Part shown: piece by piece, positions 8,405-16,327 of the stretch
Position numbering within the stretch: the first letter of the stretch is position 1
How the letters are laid out: every line of letters begins with the position of its first letter
The notes under the pieces: generated by a model
The model's database searches: none
The model's input: only the letters and a program-made list of their open reading frames with translations
What the model was told of the DNA's origin: nothing
Program-made: the position numbers and the translations under genes
Assembly (NCBI GenBank): GCA_035999715.1
Contig: DASYGM010000065.1
Span: 16,298-48,297, forward strand
From: Micrococcaceae bacterium
GTDB lineage: Bacteria > Actinomycetota > Actinomycetes > Actinomycetales > Micrococcaceae
Reading direction: 5' to 3'
Length of the DNA stretch: 32,000 nucleotides

Positions 8405-9595
8405 ATGAACTCAGCGGGCACTCTCACCCTGTCCAAGCTTGGCCGGGCCCGAAAATCATTCAGCCGCCGGGAATGGGGATCGCTGGCAGCCATGGCCGGG
8501 TTCGTGGTGCTCCTTCATGCTCTTGGTTGGGGTGTCTTGGTGGCGGTGGCCGCACCCGCCAGCCTTCCGGGTGTCCCCGCGGGGGTCTTTGGCGTCGGGC
8601 TGGGGGTGACCGCCTACACCTTGGGTCTGCGCCATGCCTTCGATGCGGACCATATCGCCGCCATCGACAATACGACGCGCAAACTGATGAACGACGGCAA
8701 GCGGCCGCTCTCGGTCGGATTCTGGTTTTCGCTGGGCCACTCCAGCATTGTCTTTGGGCTGTGCGCCCTGCTCGCTGCCGGCGTTCGCACGCTGGCCGAC
8801 CAGATGGATGCACCGTCCTCGACCCTGCATTCGGTCCTGGCCCTGGTGGGGACGGGCATCTCAGGGGTCTTCCTGTACATCATTGGAATCGTCAATCTGG
8901 TGCTGCTGGTCGGCATTGTCAAAATCTTCCGGGGCATGCGCCACGGCGCCTATGACGAGGCGTCCCTGGAGCAGCAGCTGAATCACCGGGGATTGGTGAA
9001 CCGGGTCTTTGGCCGCGCCACCCGGGTAGTCACACGGCCTTGGCAGATGTACGCCGTCGGGCTGCTCTTCGGCCTGGGATTCGACACCGCGACAGAGGTG
9101 AGCCTGCTGATCGTGGCCGGCGGGGCGGCGGCGTTCGCACTGCCCTGGTACGCCATCCTGACCCTGCCGGTCCTGTTCGCAGCGGGCATGAGCCTGCTGG
9201 ACTCGGTGGACGGCTGCTTCATGAACTTCGCCTACGGCTGGGCGTTCTCCCGGCCGGTGCGGAAGATCTACTACAACCTGGTCATCACCGCGCTCTCGGT
9301 CTCCGTCGCATTGGTGGTCGGCTCGATCGAACTCATCTCCCTCCTGGTGGAGGGGACGGGCATGACGGCCGGACCGCTCGCGGCAATCGGACGGCTGGAC
9401 CTGAACCTGGTGGGCTATGCGATCGTCGCGGTCTTCCTCCTGGCCTGGCTGGCGGCCGTGGCCATCTGGAGATTCGCCCGCATAGAGGACAAATGGGATG
9501 CCGCGTTCCAGCCGCAGCCGGATCCGGAGGATGCCGCCACAGCCCCGGCACTCCGCCCGCCAGCGCACGCCGCGGCCCCGCCGTCGGACTATTGA
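8405..9595 (+). CDS. hoxN: HoxN/HupN/NixA-family nickel/cobalt transporter (NiCoT)
   Basis: The NiCoT signature RHAFDADHIAAIDNTTR is present in TM2, plus LGFDTATEV and GMSLLDSVDG, with about 8 TM segments. It sits directly upstream of hypA and hypB. Confidence 0.9.
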   Translation: MNSAGTLTLSKLGRARKSFSRREWGSLAAMAGFVVLLHALGWGVLVAVAAPASLPGVPAGVFGVGLGVTAYTLGLRHAFDADHIAAIDNTTRKLMNDGKRPLSVGFWFSLGHSSIVFGLCALLAAGVRTLADQMDAPSSTLHSVLALVGTGISGVFLYIIGIVNLVLLVGIVKIFRGMRHGAYDEASLEQQLNHRGLVNRVFGRATRVVTRPWQMYAVGLLFGLGFDTATEVSLLIVAGGAAAFALPWYAILTLPVLFAAGMSLLDSVDGCFMNFAYGWAFSRPVRKIYYNLVITALSVSVALVVGSIELISLLVEGTGMTAGPLAAIGRLDLNLVGYAIVAVFLLAWLAAVAIWRFARIEDKWDAAFQPQPDPEDAATAPALRPPAHAAAPPSDY

Positions 9596-9642
9596 AGTTT
9601 CCAAAGGGGGCGCCTACATTGATTTCAGAGGTGGCAATGCCC

Positions 9643-9972
9643 ATGCATGAACTCTCTATCACCCAAAGCCTGGTCGATGCGGTCCTGGACCGCACCGGCA
9701 CACAGCCGGTTACCGGCGTGCATGTGCGCGTCGGACGGCTCTCCGGCGTCCTGCCTGATGCGATGAGGTTCTGCTTCGAACTGATTTCCGACGGCACGCC
9801 GCTGGCCGGGGCACAGCTGCTGATCGACGAGCCCGACGGCGTAACCCGATGCCGTTCCTGCGGCACGGATACCGCCATGCTGGACATGATCCCGTTGTGT
9901 CCGTGCGGCAGCGCCGACGTCGAAATCATCAGTGGACGCGAGCTTATGCTCACGTCCGTGGAGGTGGCCTGA
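9643..9972 (+). CDS. hypA: hydrogenase maturation nickel metallochaperone HypA
   Basis: MHELSITQSLVDAV is the conserved MHE Ni-binding N-terminus, and the zinc site is CRSCG...CPCG. SD GAGGTGG is at 9627-9633. The track ORF 9040..9972 is an over-extended version of the same frame; ATG 9637 is a possible alternative start. Confidence 0.9.
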   Translation: MHELSITQSLVDAVLDRTGTQPVTGVHVRVGRLSGVLPDAMRFCFELISDGTPLAGAQLLIDEPDGVTRCRSCGTDTAMLDMIPLCPCGSADVEIISGRELMLTSVEVA

Positions 9973-9975
9973 GCT

Positions 9976-10854
9976 ATGTGTTCAACGTGTGGCTGCAGCG
10001 ACGATGCCGGCGTCCGGGTTTCGACCCTCGACGGAGGCCCGGTGGAGGCGCCACATACGCACGACGACGGCGGAACTCCCCACACGCACGACCACACCCA
10101 TGGCGACGGCGGAACTCCCCACACGCACACGCACGACGATGCCCACGCCGTCGGGCCGCGGACCATAGACCTCGAGCAGAACCTGCTGGCCAAAAACGAA
10201 CTCCTGGCCGCCCGCAACCGGGGCTGGTTGGAGGGCCGCGGCATCCGGGCCTTCAACCTCATGAGTTCGCCCGGTTCCGGAAAAACCACGCTGCTGGTGC
10301 GCACCATCGAGGAGCTGGGGAACTCACTGGAGATCGGGGTGATCGAAGGGGACCAGGAAACCTCCGTCGATGCCAACCGCATCCGCGCCACCGGGAGCCC
10401 TGTCATCCAGATCAACACCGGTGCCGGATGCCATCTGGACGCCGGCATGCTGCAGCGCGGCCTTACCGCCCTGAACCCCGGAACCGGATCCACCGTGTTC
10501 ATCGAGAACGTGGGAAACCTGGTGTGCCCGGCCATGTTCGACCTGGGGGAAAGCGCAAAAGTAGTAATCATTTCCGTTACGGAAGGGGATGACAAACCTC
10601 TGAAGTACCCGCATATGTTCACGGCAGCTGACCTGGTCATCATCAATAAGGCCGATCTGCTCCCCTATGTTGATTTCGACGTCGACGCGTGCCTGCGCCA
10701 GGCCCGCCAGCTCCATCCGGGCGTCGAAATGCTGACCGTTTCGGCCAGCACCGGCGAGGGACTTGATGGCTGGTTCAGCTGGATCAGAAATCGGTCCGCA
10801 ACTCCTGCGGCATCCCTTGATACCGCAGGGCAACAGCATCGGATGCCCGTCTGA
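9976..10854 (+). CDS. hypB: hydrogenase nickel incorporation GTPase HypB
   Basis: The N-terminal high-affinity Ni site is MCSTCGCS, followed by the His-rich stretch HTHDDGGTPHTHDHTHGDGGTPHTHTHDDAH. The GTPase motifs are SSPGSGKTTL, ENVGNLVCP and NKADL. Confidence 0.95.
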   Translation: MCSTCGCSDDAGVRVSTLDGGPVEAPHTHDDGGTPHTHDHTHGDGGTPHTHTHDDAHAVGPRTIDLEQNLLAKNELLAARNRGWLEGRGIRAFNLMSSPGSGKTTLLVRTIEELGNSLEIGVIEGDQETSVDANRIRATGSPVIQINTGAGCHLDAGMLQRGLTALNPGTGSTVFIENVGNLVCPAMFDLGESAKVVIISVTEGDDKPLKYPHMFTAADLVIINKADLLPYVDFDVDACLRQARQLHPGVEMLTVSASTGEGLDGWFSWIRNRSATPAASLDTAGQQHRMPV

Positions 10855-10907
10855 TGCCCTGAGATGTACAAACTGGGGCCCGCTCCCTGGGGCTCTCAAA
10901 GGAGGCA

Positions 10908-11969
10908 ATGGTGCCTACTGCTGCAGCAGCGCAGGCTGAAGAGACCCTCATCCATGTCCTGTGGATCAATGCCGGGCTCAGTTGTGACGGGGACTCGGTA
11001 TCCCTGACGGCAGCAACCCAGCCCAGCGTCGAAGAAATCGCCCTCGGCGCGCTTCCCGGGTTGCCCAGAATCGCCATGCACTGGCCGCTGATCGACTTTG
11101 AGTGTGGCCCGCAGGAGGGCGCCGACGATTTCCTGGAGTGGTTCCGCAAGGCCGACCGCGGTGAGCTGGAACCGTTTGTCCTGGTGGTGGAGGGGTCCAT
11201 CCCGAACGAGAAACTACATGCCGACGGCGGCTACTGGTCTGGCTTCGGCAATGACCTTGAGACCGGCCAGCCCATCACCACCAGCGAGTGGCTGGACAGG
11301 CTGGCACCCAAGGCCACGGCGATCATCGCGGCCGGAACCTGTGCCACGTACGGTGGGATCCACGCGATGGCCGGTAACCCCACCGGTGCCATGGGGGTAC
11401 CGGACTACCTGGGCTATGACTGGAAGTCCAAGGCGGGGATCCCCATTGTCTGCGTGCCCGGGTGCCCCATCCAGCCAGACAATCTTTCCGAGACCATGAC
11501 CTACCTGCTCTACCAGGCCACCGGCCAGGCACCGATGATCCCGCTCGATGAGTCGCTGCGGCCCACCTGGCTGTTCGGCGCGACGGTCCATGAGGGCTGC
11601 GACCGCGCCGGCTACTACGAACAGGGCGATTTCGCCACGGAGTACGGCTCCCCCAAATGCATCGTGAAACTGGGCTGCTGGGGGCCGGTGGTCAAGTGCA
11701 ACGTCCCCAAGCGCGGCTGGATGAACGGGCTGGGCGGCTGCCCCAACGTGGGCGGTATCTGCATCGGCTGCACCATGCCGGGCTTCCCGGACAAGTTCAT
11801 GCCGTTCATGGACGAGCCTCCCGGCGGAAGGCTGAGCACCAACGCCGTCCGGCCCTACGGGACCACCATGCGCACGCTGCGCCACATCACAACGCACACG
11901 CTGGACCAGGAACCAAGTTGGCGCAAACCCGGCCGACAACTGCTCACCGGCGCGACCCGCACCTGGTAG
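10908..11969 (+). CDS. hhyS: [NiFe]-hydrogenase small subunit, group 1h/5 (actinobacterial high-affinity type)
   Basis: Fe-S ligand motifs are LSCDGDSVS (Asp in place of the second Cys of the usual CxxC), GTCATYGGIH, VPGCPIQPDN, HEGCDR, KCIVKLGCWGPVVKCN and GGCPNVGGICIGCTMPGFPDKF. There is no twin-arginine signal. SD AAAGGAGG is at 10898-10905, so GTG 10911 is an alternative start. Confidence 0.9.
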   Translation: MVPTAAAAQAEETLIHVLWINAGLSCDGDSVSLTAATQPSVEEIALGALPGLPRIAMHWPLIDFECGPQEGADDFLEWFRKADRGELEPFVLVVEGSIPNEKLHADGGYWSGFGNDLETGQPITTSEWLDRLAPKATAIIAAGTCATYGGIHAMAGNPTGAMGVPDYLGYDWKSKAGIPIVCVPGCPIQPDNLSETMTYLLYQATGQAPMIPLDESLRPTWLFGATVHEGCDRAGYYEQGDFATEYGSPKCIVKLGCWGPVVKCNVPKRGWMNGLGGCPNVGGICIGCTMPGFPDKFMPFMDEPPGGRLSTNAVRPYGTTMRTLRHITTHTLDQEPSWRKPGRQLLTGATRTW

Positions 11970-11996
11970 CGACGCCAACTTTCGAGAGGTGATGTC

Positions 11997-13790
11997 ATGA
12001 CTTCGACCATTCCGATGCCCGCCACGGGCGGCACTTCCGACGACGGCCTGGTGGAGATGGCGTGGGACCCCATCACCCGCATCGTCGGCAGCCTGGGGAT
12101 CTACACCAAGATCGACTTCAGCAACAAGCAGGTGGTGGAGTGCCACAGCACGTCATCGATCTTCCGCGGCTACTCCATCTTCATGCGGGGTAAGGATCCG
12201 CGGGACGCGCACTTCATCACCAGCCGGATCTGCGGAATCTGCGGCGACAACCACGCCACCTGCTCCTGCTATGCGCAAAACATGGCGTACGGGGTGAAGC
12301 CCCCTGCACTTGGTGAATGGATCGTGAACCTGGGCGAGGCCGCCGAGTACATGTTCGACCACAACATCTTCCAGGAGAACCTGGTGGGCGTGGACTACTG
12401 CGAGAAAATGGTCTCCGAAACCAACCCGTCGGTGCTGGCCAGCGCGGAGAACACCCGTGCCCCGCACGAGGCCGAGCACGGCTACCGCACCATCGCGGAC
12501 ATCATGCGCTCGCTGAACCCGTTCACCGGCGAGTTCTACCGCGAGGCCCTGCAGGTCAGCCGGCTCACCCGGGAGATGTTCTGCCTGATGGAGGGCCGCC
12601 ACGTGCACCCCTCCACGCTGTACCCCGGCGGGGTCGGCACCGTGGCCACCGTGCAACTGATGACGGACTACATCACCCGGCTGATGCGCTACGTGGAATT
12701 CATGAAGAAAGTCGTGCCCATGCACGATGACCTCTTCAACTTCTTCTACGAGGCACTGCCCGGCTACGAGCAGGTGGGGCTGCGCCGGACCCTGCTGGGC
12801 TGCTGGGGTTCCTTCCAGGACCCGGACCACTGCAACTTCGAGTACAAGGACATGACGGAGTGGGGCCGGAAGATGTTCGTCACCCCCGGCGTCGTGGTGG
12901 ACGGGAAGCTGGTGACCACCGACCTGGTCCAGATCAACCTGGGCATCCGGATCATGCTGGGCTCCTCCTACTATGAGGACTGGAATGACCAGGAAATGTT
13001 CGTCACCCACGACCCGCTGGGCAACCCGGTGGACAGGCGCCATCCCTGGAACCAGCACACCAATCCGCAGCCGCAGAAGCGCGACCTGCAGGACAAGTAC
13101 AGCTGGGTCATGTCGCCGCGCTGGTCCGACGGCCAGGACAACCTGGCGCTGGACACCGGCGGCGGCCCCCTGGCACGGCTCTGGTCCACGGCGCTCGCCG
13201 GGTTGGTGGACGTGGGCTACATCCAGTCCACCGGGCACAGCGTACAGATCAACCTGCCCAAGACCGCCTTGAAGGGACCTGTCACCCTGGAGTGGAAGAT
13301 TCCGCAGTGGAGCAACACGTTGGAGCGCAACCGGGCCCGCACCTATTTCCAGGCCTACGCGGCCGCCGCCGCCCTGCACTTTGCCGAAAAGGCGCTGGCG
13401 GAGATCCGCGCCGGACACACCAAGACCTGGGAGACCTTCGACGTCCCGGATGAGGCGGTGAGCTGCGGCTTCACGGAGGCCGTCCGCGGCGTGCTGTCGC
13501 ACCACATGGTGATCCGCGACGGGAAGATCGCCAACTACCACCCCTATCCGCCGACGCCGTGGAACGCGAGTCCCAGGGATGCCTCCGGAACGCCGGGACC
13601 CTACGAGGACGCGGTGCAGGGACAGCCGATCTTCGAGGAGAACGACCGCGAGCACTTCAAGGGCATCGACATCATGCGGACGGTGCGCAGCTTCGACCCC
13701 TGCCTGCCGTGCGGGGTCCATATGTACCTGGGCGACGGCAAGACCTTGGAGAAGCTGCACTCCCCGACGCAGTCACTGACCGGAGAGTAG
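11997..13790 (+). CDS. hhyL: [NiFe]-hydrogenase large subunit, group 1h/5
   Basis: The N-terminal Ni-Fe ligand motif is TSRICGICGDNH and the C-terminal motif is SFDPCLPCGVH. A 22-aa extension (MYLGDGKTLEKLHSPTQSLTGE, 13722-13787) follows, of the kind removed by the maturation protease. The protein is 597 aa; SD GAGAGG is at 11984-11989. Confidence 0.95.
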   Translation: MTSTIPMPATGGTSDDGLVEMAWDPITRIVGSLGIYTKIDFSNKQVVECHSTSSIFRGYSIFMRGKDPRDAHFITSRICGICGDNHATCSCYAQNMAYGVKPPALGEWIVNLGEAAEYMFDHNIFQENLVGVDYCEKMVSETNPSVLASAENTRAPHEAEHGYRTIADIMRSLNPFTGEFYREALQVSRLTREMFCLMEGRHVHPSTLYPGGVGTVATVQLMTDYITRLMRYVEFMKKVVPMHDDLFNFFYEALPGYEQVGLRRTLLGCWGSFQDPDHCNFEYKDMTEWGRKMFVTPGVVVDGKLVTTDLVQINLGIRIMLGSSYYEDWNDQEMFVTHDPLGNPVDRRHPWNQHTNPQPQKRDLQDKYSWVMSPRWSDGQDNLALDTGGGPLARLWSTALAGLVDVGYIQSTGHSVQINLPKTALKGPVTLEWKIPQWSNTLERNRARTYFQAYAAAAALHFAEKALAEIRAGHTKTWETFDVPDEAVSCGFTEAVRGVLSHHMVIRDGKIANYHPYPPTPWNASPRDASGTPGPYEDAVQGQPIFEENDREHFKGIDIMRTVRSFDPCLPCGVHMYLGDGKTLEKLHSPTQSLTGE

Positions 13791-13796
13791 CCCGCC

Positions 13797-14807
13797 GTGG
13801 ACGGGGACACGGTGGTGGCTGCCATGGACGGGAACGGAGCCTTCCCGCCCACGGACGGCAGCGCTCCGGAGCGCCCCGTCGACGGCGATCCCCGGGGCGA
13901 GGCCCGGCTCAGGGCCGCGGGCGAGCGGATCAGCACCCTGCTGGACGCCCTGGGCGCCGGCGGCGCGGTGGCCAGGGAGCGTGCCGAGGACCTGGTGCGC
14001 CAGGTGACCGACCTGTACGGCGCGGGGCTGGAACGCATCCTGACCGTCCTGACTGCCGGCGGCCCCGGACGGGACGACGTCCTAAACGAACTGCTGGCGG
14101 ACGATCTGGTCTCCTGCCTGCTGCTGGTGCACGGCCTGCATCCGCGGGACCTGGCCACCCGCGTGGCGTCCGCGCTGGACAGTGTCCGGCCGTACCTGGG
14201 CTCGCATGGCGGCGACGTCGAGTTGCTGGGGATCAGCGACGACGGCGCGGTGCGCCTGCGTCTGCTGGGCAGCTGCCAGGGCTGCCCGTCGTCGTCGGTC
14301 ACGCTCAAGTACGCCGTCGAGGATGCCATCATGGCCGCGGCCCCGGAGGCCACCTCGATTGTGGTTCAGGAGGCGGAAAAGTCCGCCGGCTCGCCGGCAC
14401 TGATCCCCGTGTCATCGCTGCGCCTGCGCCTGGATCAGGTTCCCGAGCAGCCCGAGGGGTCCTGGGAGGCGCTCCCCGGGATTGCCGAGCTGCAGCCCGG
14501 CGAGGTGGCAGGATTCCTGGCCGCCGGCGTGGAGCTGCTGGTTTGCCGGAGCGGGCAGGACCTGTACGCCTTCCGCGACTACTGCCCGCGCTGCACCGGG
14601 TCCATGGCCGGAGCTGCCCTGCAACGGGCGCTCGCCGCGCCCACCGGCGGCGGACTGCTGCGCTGTCCGCTCTGCCGGAGCCACTTCGATGTCCGGCGGG
14701 CGGGGGCATGCGTGGAGGACAAGGGACTGCATTTGGATCCGCTCCCGCTGCTGGTCCGTTCCGGCGTGATGTCCGTAGCCGTGCCGGTCGGAACGGAGCG
14801 CGCCTGA
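13797..14807 (+). CDS. NifU-domain iron-sulfur protein with a C-terminal Rieske-like fold bearing four Cys (HhyE-like)
   Basis: The NifU C-terminal-type segment is LDSVRPYLGSHGGDVELLGISDDGAVRLRLLGSCQGCPSS. The C-terminus YAFRDYCPRCTG...LLRCPLCRSHFD aligns to the Rieske pattern CPH.G...CP.HG, but with Cys in place of both His. The GTG start is 6 nt after the hhyL stop. Confidence 0.8.
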   Translation: MDGDTVVAAMDGNGAFPPTDGSAPERPVDGDPRGEARLRAAGERISTLLDALGAGGAVARERAEDLVRQVTDLYGAGLERILTVLTAGGPGRDDVLNELLADDLVSCLLLVHGLHPRDLATRVASALDSVRPYLGSHGGDVELLGISDDGAVRLRLLGSCQGCPSSSVTLKYAVEDAIMAAAPEATSIVVQEAEKSAGSPALIPVSSLRLRLDQVPEQPEGSWEALPGIAELQPGEVAGFLAAGVELLVCRSGQDLYAFRDYCPRCTGSMAGAALQRALAAPTGGGLLRCPLCRSHFDVRRAGACVEDKGLHLDPLPLLVRSGVMSVAVPVGTERA

Positions 14808-14956
14808 TGGCCCCGGATGGCGCAACGCGTACCCGGGCGGCTGCCGCCCCGTTGGGAGCAGCGCGTGCCCGGGCGGCGGCCCTGTTGGGAGCAGCGCGTG
14901 CCCAGGCGGCGGCCACCCCTGTCGGCTCCACGCGTGCCTGGGCGGCGGCACCATGA
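14807..14956 (+). CDS. possible 49-aa Ala/Arg-rich sORF encoded entirely by a tandem repeat (may be untranslated spacer)
   Basis: ATG 14807 overlaps the TGA of the NifU-domain gene (ATGA), and its TGA 14954-14956 overlaps ATG 14953 of the next gene (ATGA). The peptide is MAPDGATRTRAAAAPLGAARARAAALLGAARAQAAATPVGSTRAWAAAP. I found no SD and no homology. Confidence 0.3.
   Translation: MAPDGATRTRAAAAPLGAARARAAALLGAARAQAAATPVGSTRAWAAAP
14816..14954. repeat. four tandem 33-37 bp GC-rich units filling the intergenic gap inside the hydrogenase operon (MIRU-like)
   Basis: Unit A is 14816-14850. Unit B (14851-14883) is gttgggagcagcgcgtgcccgggcggcggccct. Unit C (14884-14920) is gttgggagcagcgcgtgcccaggcggcggccacccct. 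Unit D (14921-14954) is gtcggctccacgcgtgcctgggcggcggcaccat. B and C differ by one base over their first 31 nt. Confidence 0.75.
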
Positions 14957-15693
14957 CGACGGCGTTGCCTGGGGACGCCCGTGCCCTCTCTGTGCTGCGC
15001 AGGATCAGCGCCAACCGGCCCGCGCCGTCGGACGGCGAGCGCTGCGAGATGTGTGCGGAACCGATTCGTGACGCGCACCAGCATGTGGTGGATGTGGAGA
15101 GCCGGGCCCTGTTGTGCACCTGCCGCCCGTGCTACCTGCTCTTCACCGACCCGCAGGCGCATCTGCGCTACCGGTCCGTGCCGGAGCGCTACCATTCCTT
15201 CCCCGGATTCCGGCTTGGTCAGGGACAGTGGGACGAACTGGAAATCCCGGTGGGCTTGGCCTTCTTCTTCCGCAATTCCAAGCAGGGAAAGATGCTGGCC
15301 TTCTACCCGGGCCCGGCCGGTGCCACCGAATCGGAGTTGCCGCTGGGGGCATGGGATGCGGTCCAAGCCGCAAACCCCTCGCTTGGAGTTGCCGCGCCGG
15401 ACACCGAGGCGCTGCTGATCCGCGGGCCGGGACCGGAGCGGCTGCAGGCCGACTGCCATCTGGTCCCCATCGACGCCTGCTATGAGCTTGTGGGCCAGCT
15501 GCGCCGGGTCTGGCGGGGATTCGACGGCGGCCAGCAGGCGCGCGAACAGCTTGCGGCTTTCTTCGACAAGGTGGCTGGCCGCAGCAGGCCCGTACCAGAC
15601 CTTCCGGAGCCTCCCGCCCCTGCCGCGTCAGCGGACGTGGCGCAACCCGCAGCCCACGCCGCGGCAGCGGAGGGAGCCGTGACAAATGACTGA
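14953..15693 (+). CDS. conserved hydrogenase-cluster protein with an N-terminal five-Cys motif (DUF5947-like by recollection)
   Basis: 246 aa with strong GC3 bias. The motif is ERCEMCAEPIRDAHQHVVDVESRALLCTCRPCYLLF (C31, C34, C55, C57, C60). It is translationally coupled on both sides. Confidence 0.8.
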   Translation: MTTALPGDARALSVLRRISANRPAPSDGERCEMCAEPIRDAHQHVVDVESRALLCTCRPCYLLFTDPQAHLRYRSVPERYHSFPGFRLGQGQWDELEIPVGLAFFFRNSKQGKMLAFYPGPAGATESELPLGAWDAVQAANPSLGVAAPDTEALLIRGPGPERLQADCHLVPIDACYELVGQLRRVWRGFDGGQQAREQLAAFFDKVAGRSRPVPDLPEPPAPAASADVAQPAAHAAAAEGAVTND

Positions 15694-16327
15694 CCTTCAG
15701 TTCGCCGTCGTTGACCTTCAGCCGGAGCGTTACGCCGCGGCCCCCCAACTGACCGCACGGCTGCGCATCAGCGAATCCACCGGCGCCGCCATCCACGCCA
15801 TCGCCCTGCGCTGCCAGGTCCGCATCCAACCGCAGCGGCGCGGCTATGACGCCGAGGAAGCGGCCGGGCTGCTGGACCTCTTTGGCCCGCGCGAACGCTG
15901 GCCCTCCACGCTGAAACCATTCCTGTGGATGCAGTGCAGCACCATGGTCCAGGGGTTCACGGACCAGACCGAGGTGGACCTGCCGCTGCCGTGCACCTTT
16001 GACTTCGACGTGGTCGGCGCGAAATACCTGCACGCCCTCCGGGACAAGGCCGTCCCGCTTGAGCTGCTCTTTTCCGGCACGATCTTCACCAAGGGAACCA
16101 CCGGATTCGGGGTGGAGCAGGTGCCCTGGGACCGGGAAGCGAGCTACCAGATGCCGGTGTCCGTGTGGCGAGGGCTGATGGACGCGTTCTTCCCGCACGC
16201 CGGCTGGATCCGTCTTGACCTCGACGTCATCAACGCGCTGGCGCACTACAAAGCCGCGCTGGGCCTGACCTCCTGGGAGGAAACCATGGAGAGCCTACTG
16301 GCGAAGGCCGGTGAACCGGTCCCGTGA
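15686..16327 (+). CDS. conserved hydrogenase-cluster protein of unknown function (DUF6084-like by recollection)
   Basis: 213 aa. ATG 15686 overlaps the upstream gene by 8 nt, and its stop overlaps GTG 16324 of the next gene (GTGA). No motif was recognised. Confidence 0.8.
   Translation: MTDLQFAVVDLQPERYAAAPQLTARLRISESTGAAIHAIALRCQVRIQPQRRGYDAEEAAGLLDLFGPRERWPSTLKPFLWMQCSTMVQGFTDQTEVDLPLPCTFDFDVVGAKYLHALRDKAVPLELLFSGTIFTKGTTGFGVEQVPWDREASYQMPVSVWRGLMDAFFPHAGWIRLDLDVINALAHYKAALGLTSWEETMESLLAKAGEPVP

Noticed and set aside
9040-9642. Long N-terminal extensions given by the ORF track: hypA frame from 9040, lipoprotein from 6429, DUF6390-like to 19889, SBP from 19705, kinase from 24506, GntR from 27259 and ABC ATPase from 1419.
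   Set aside because: The extensions overlap upstream genes or intergenic DNA, lack GC3 bias or are Pro/Arg-rich. Conserved N-termini with good SD sequences occur further downstream, so the starts were trimmed accordingly.
10908-11000. The missing Tat signal on the hydrogenase small subunit as evidence of a truncated or mis-started gene.
   Set aside because: Absence of a twin-arginine signal is a known property of group 1h/5 enzymes. No in-frame upstream extension exists, because SD and start are adjacent to the hypB-hhyS gap.
12153-13760. 535-aa minus-strand ORF antisense to the hydrogenase large subunit. The similar ORFs 1632..2999(-), 9333..10646(-), 14329..15459(-), 15143..16246(-) and 16525..17619(-) were considered with it.
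   Set aside because: These are shadow ORFs typical of high-GC DNA. Their translations are Arg/Gly/Pro/Ala/His-rich with no motifs, and each fully overlaps a gene with unmistakable family signatures and proper GC3 bias on the other strand.
14817-15071. 84-aa ORF in a third frame across the MIRU-like repeat (MAQRVPGRLPPRWEQRVPGRR...).
   Set aside because: It runs into and overlaps the five-Cys gene out of frame, and has no coupling or SD. The repeat makes all frames appear open.
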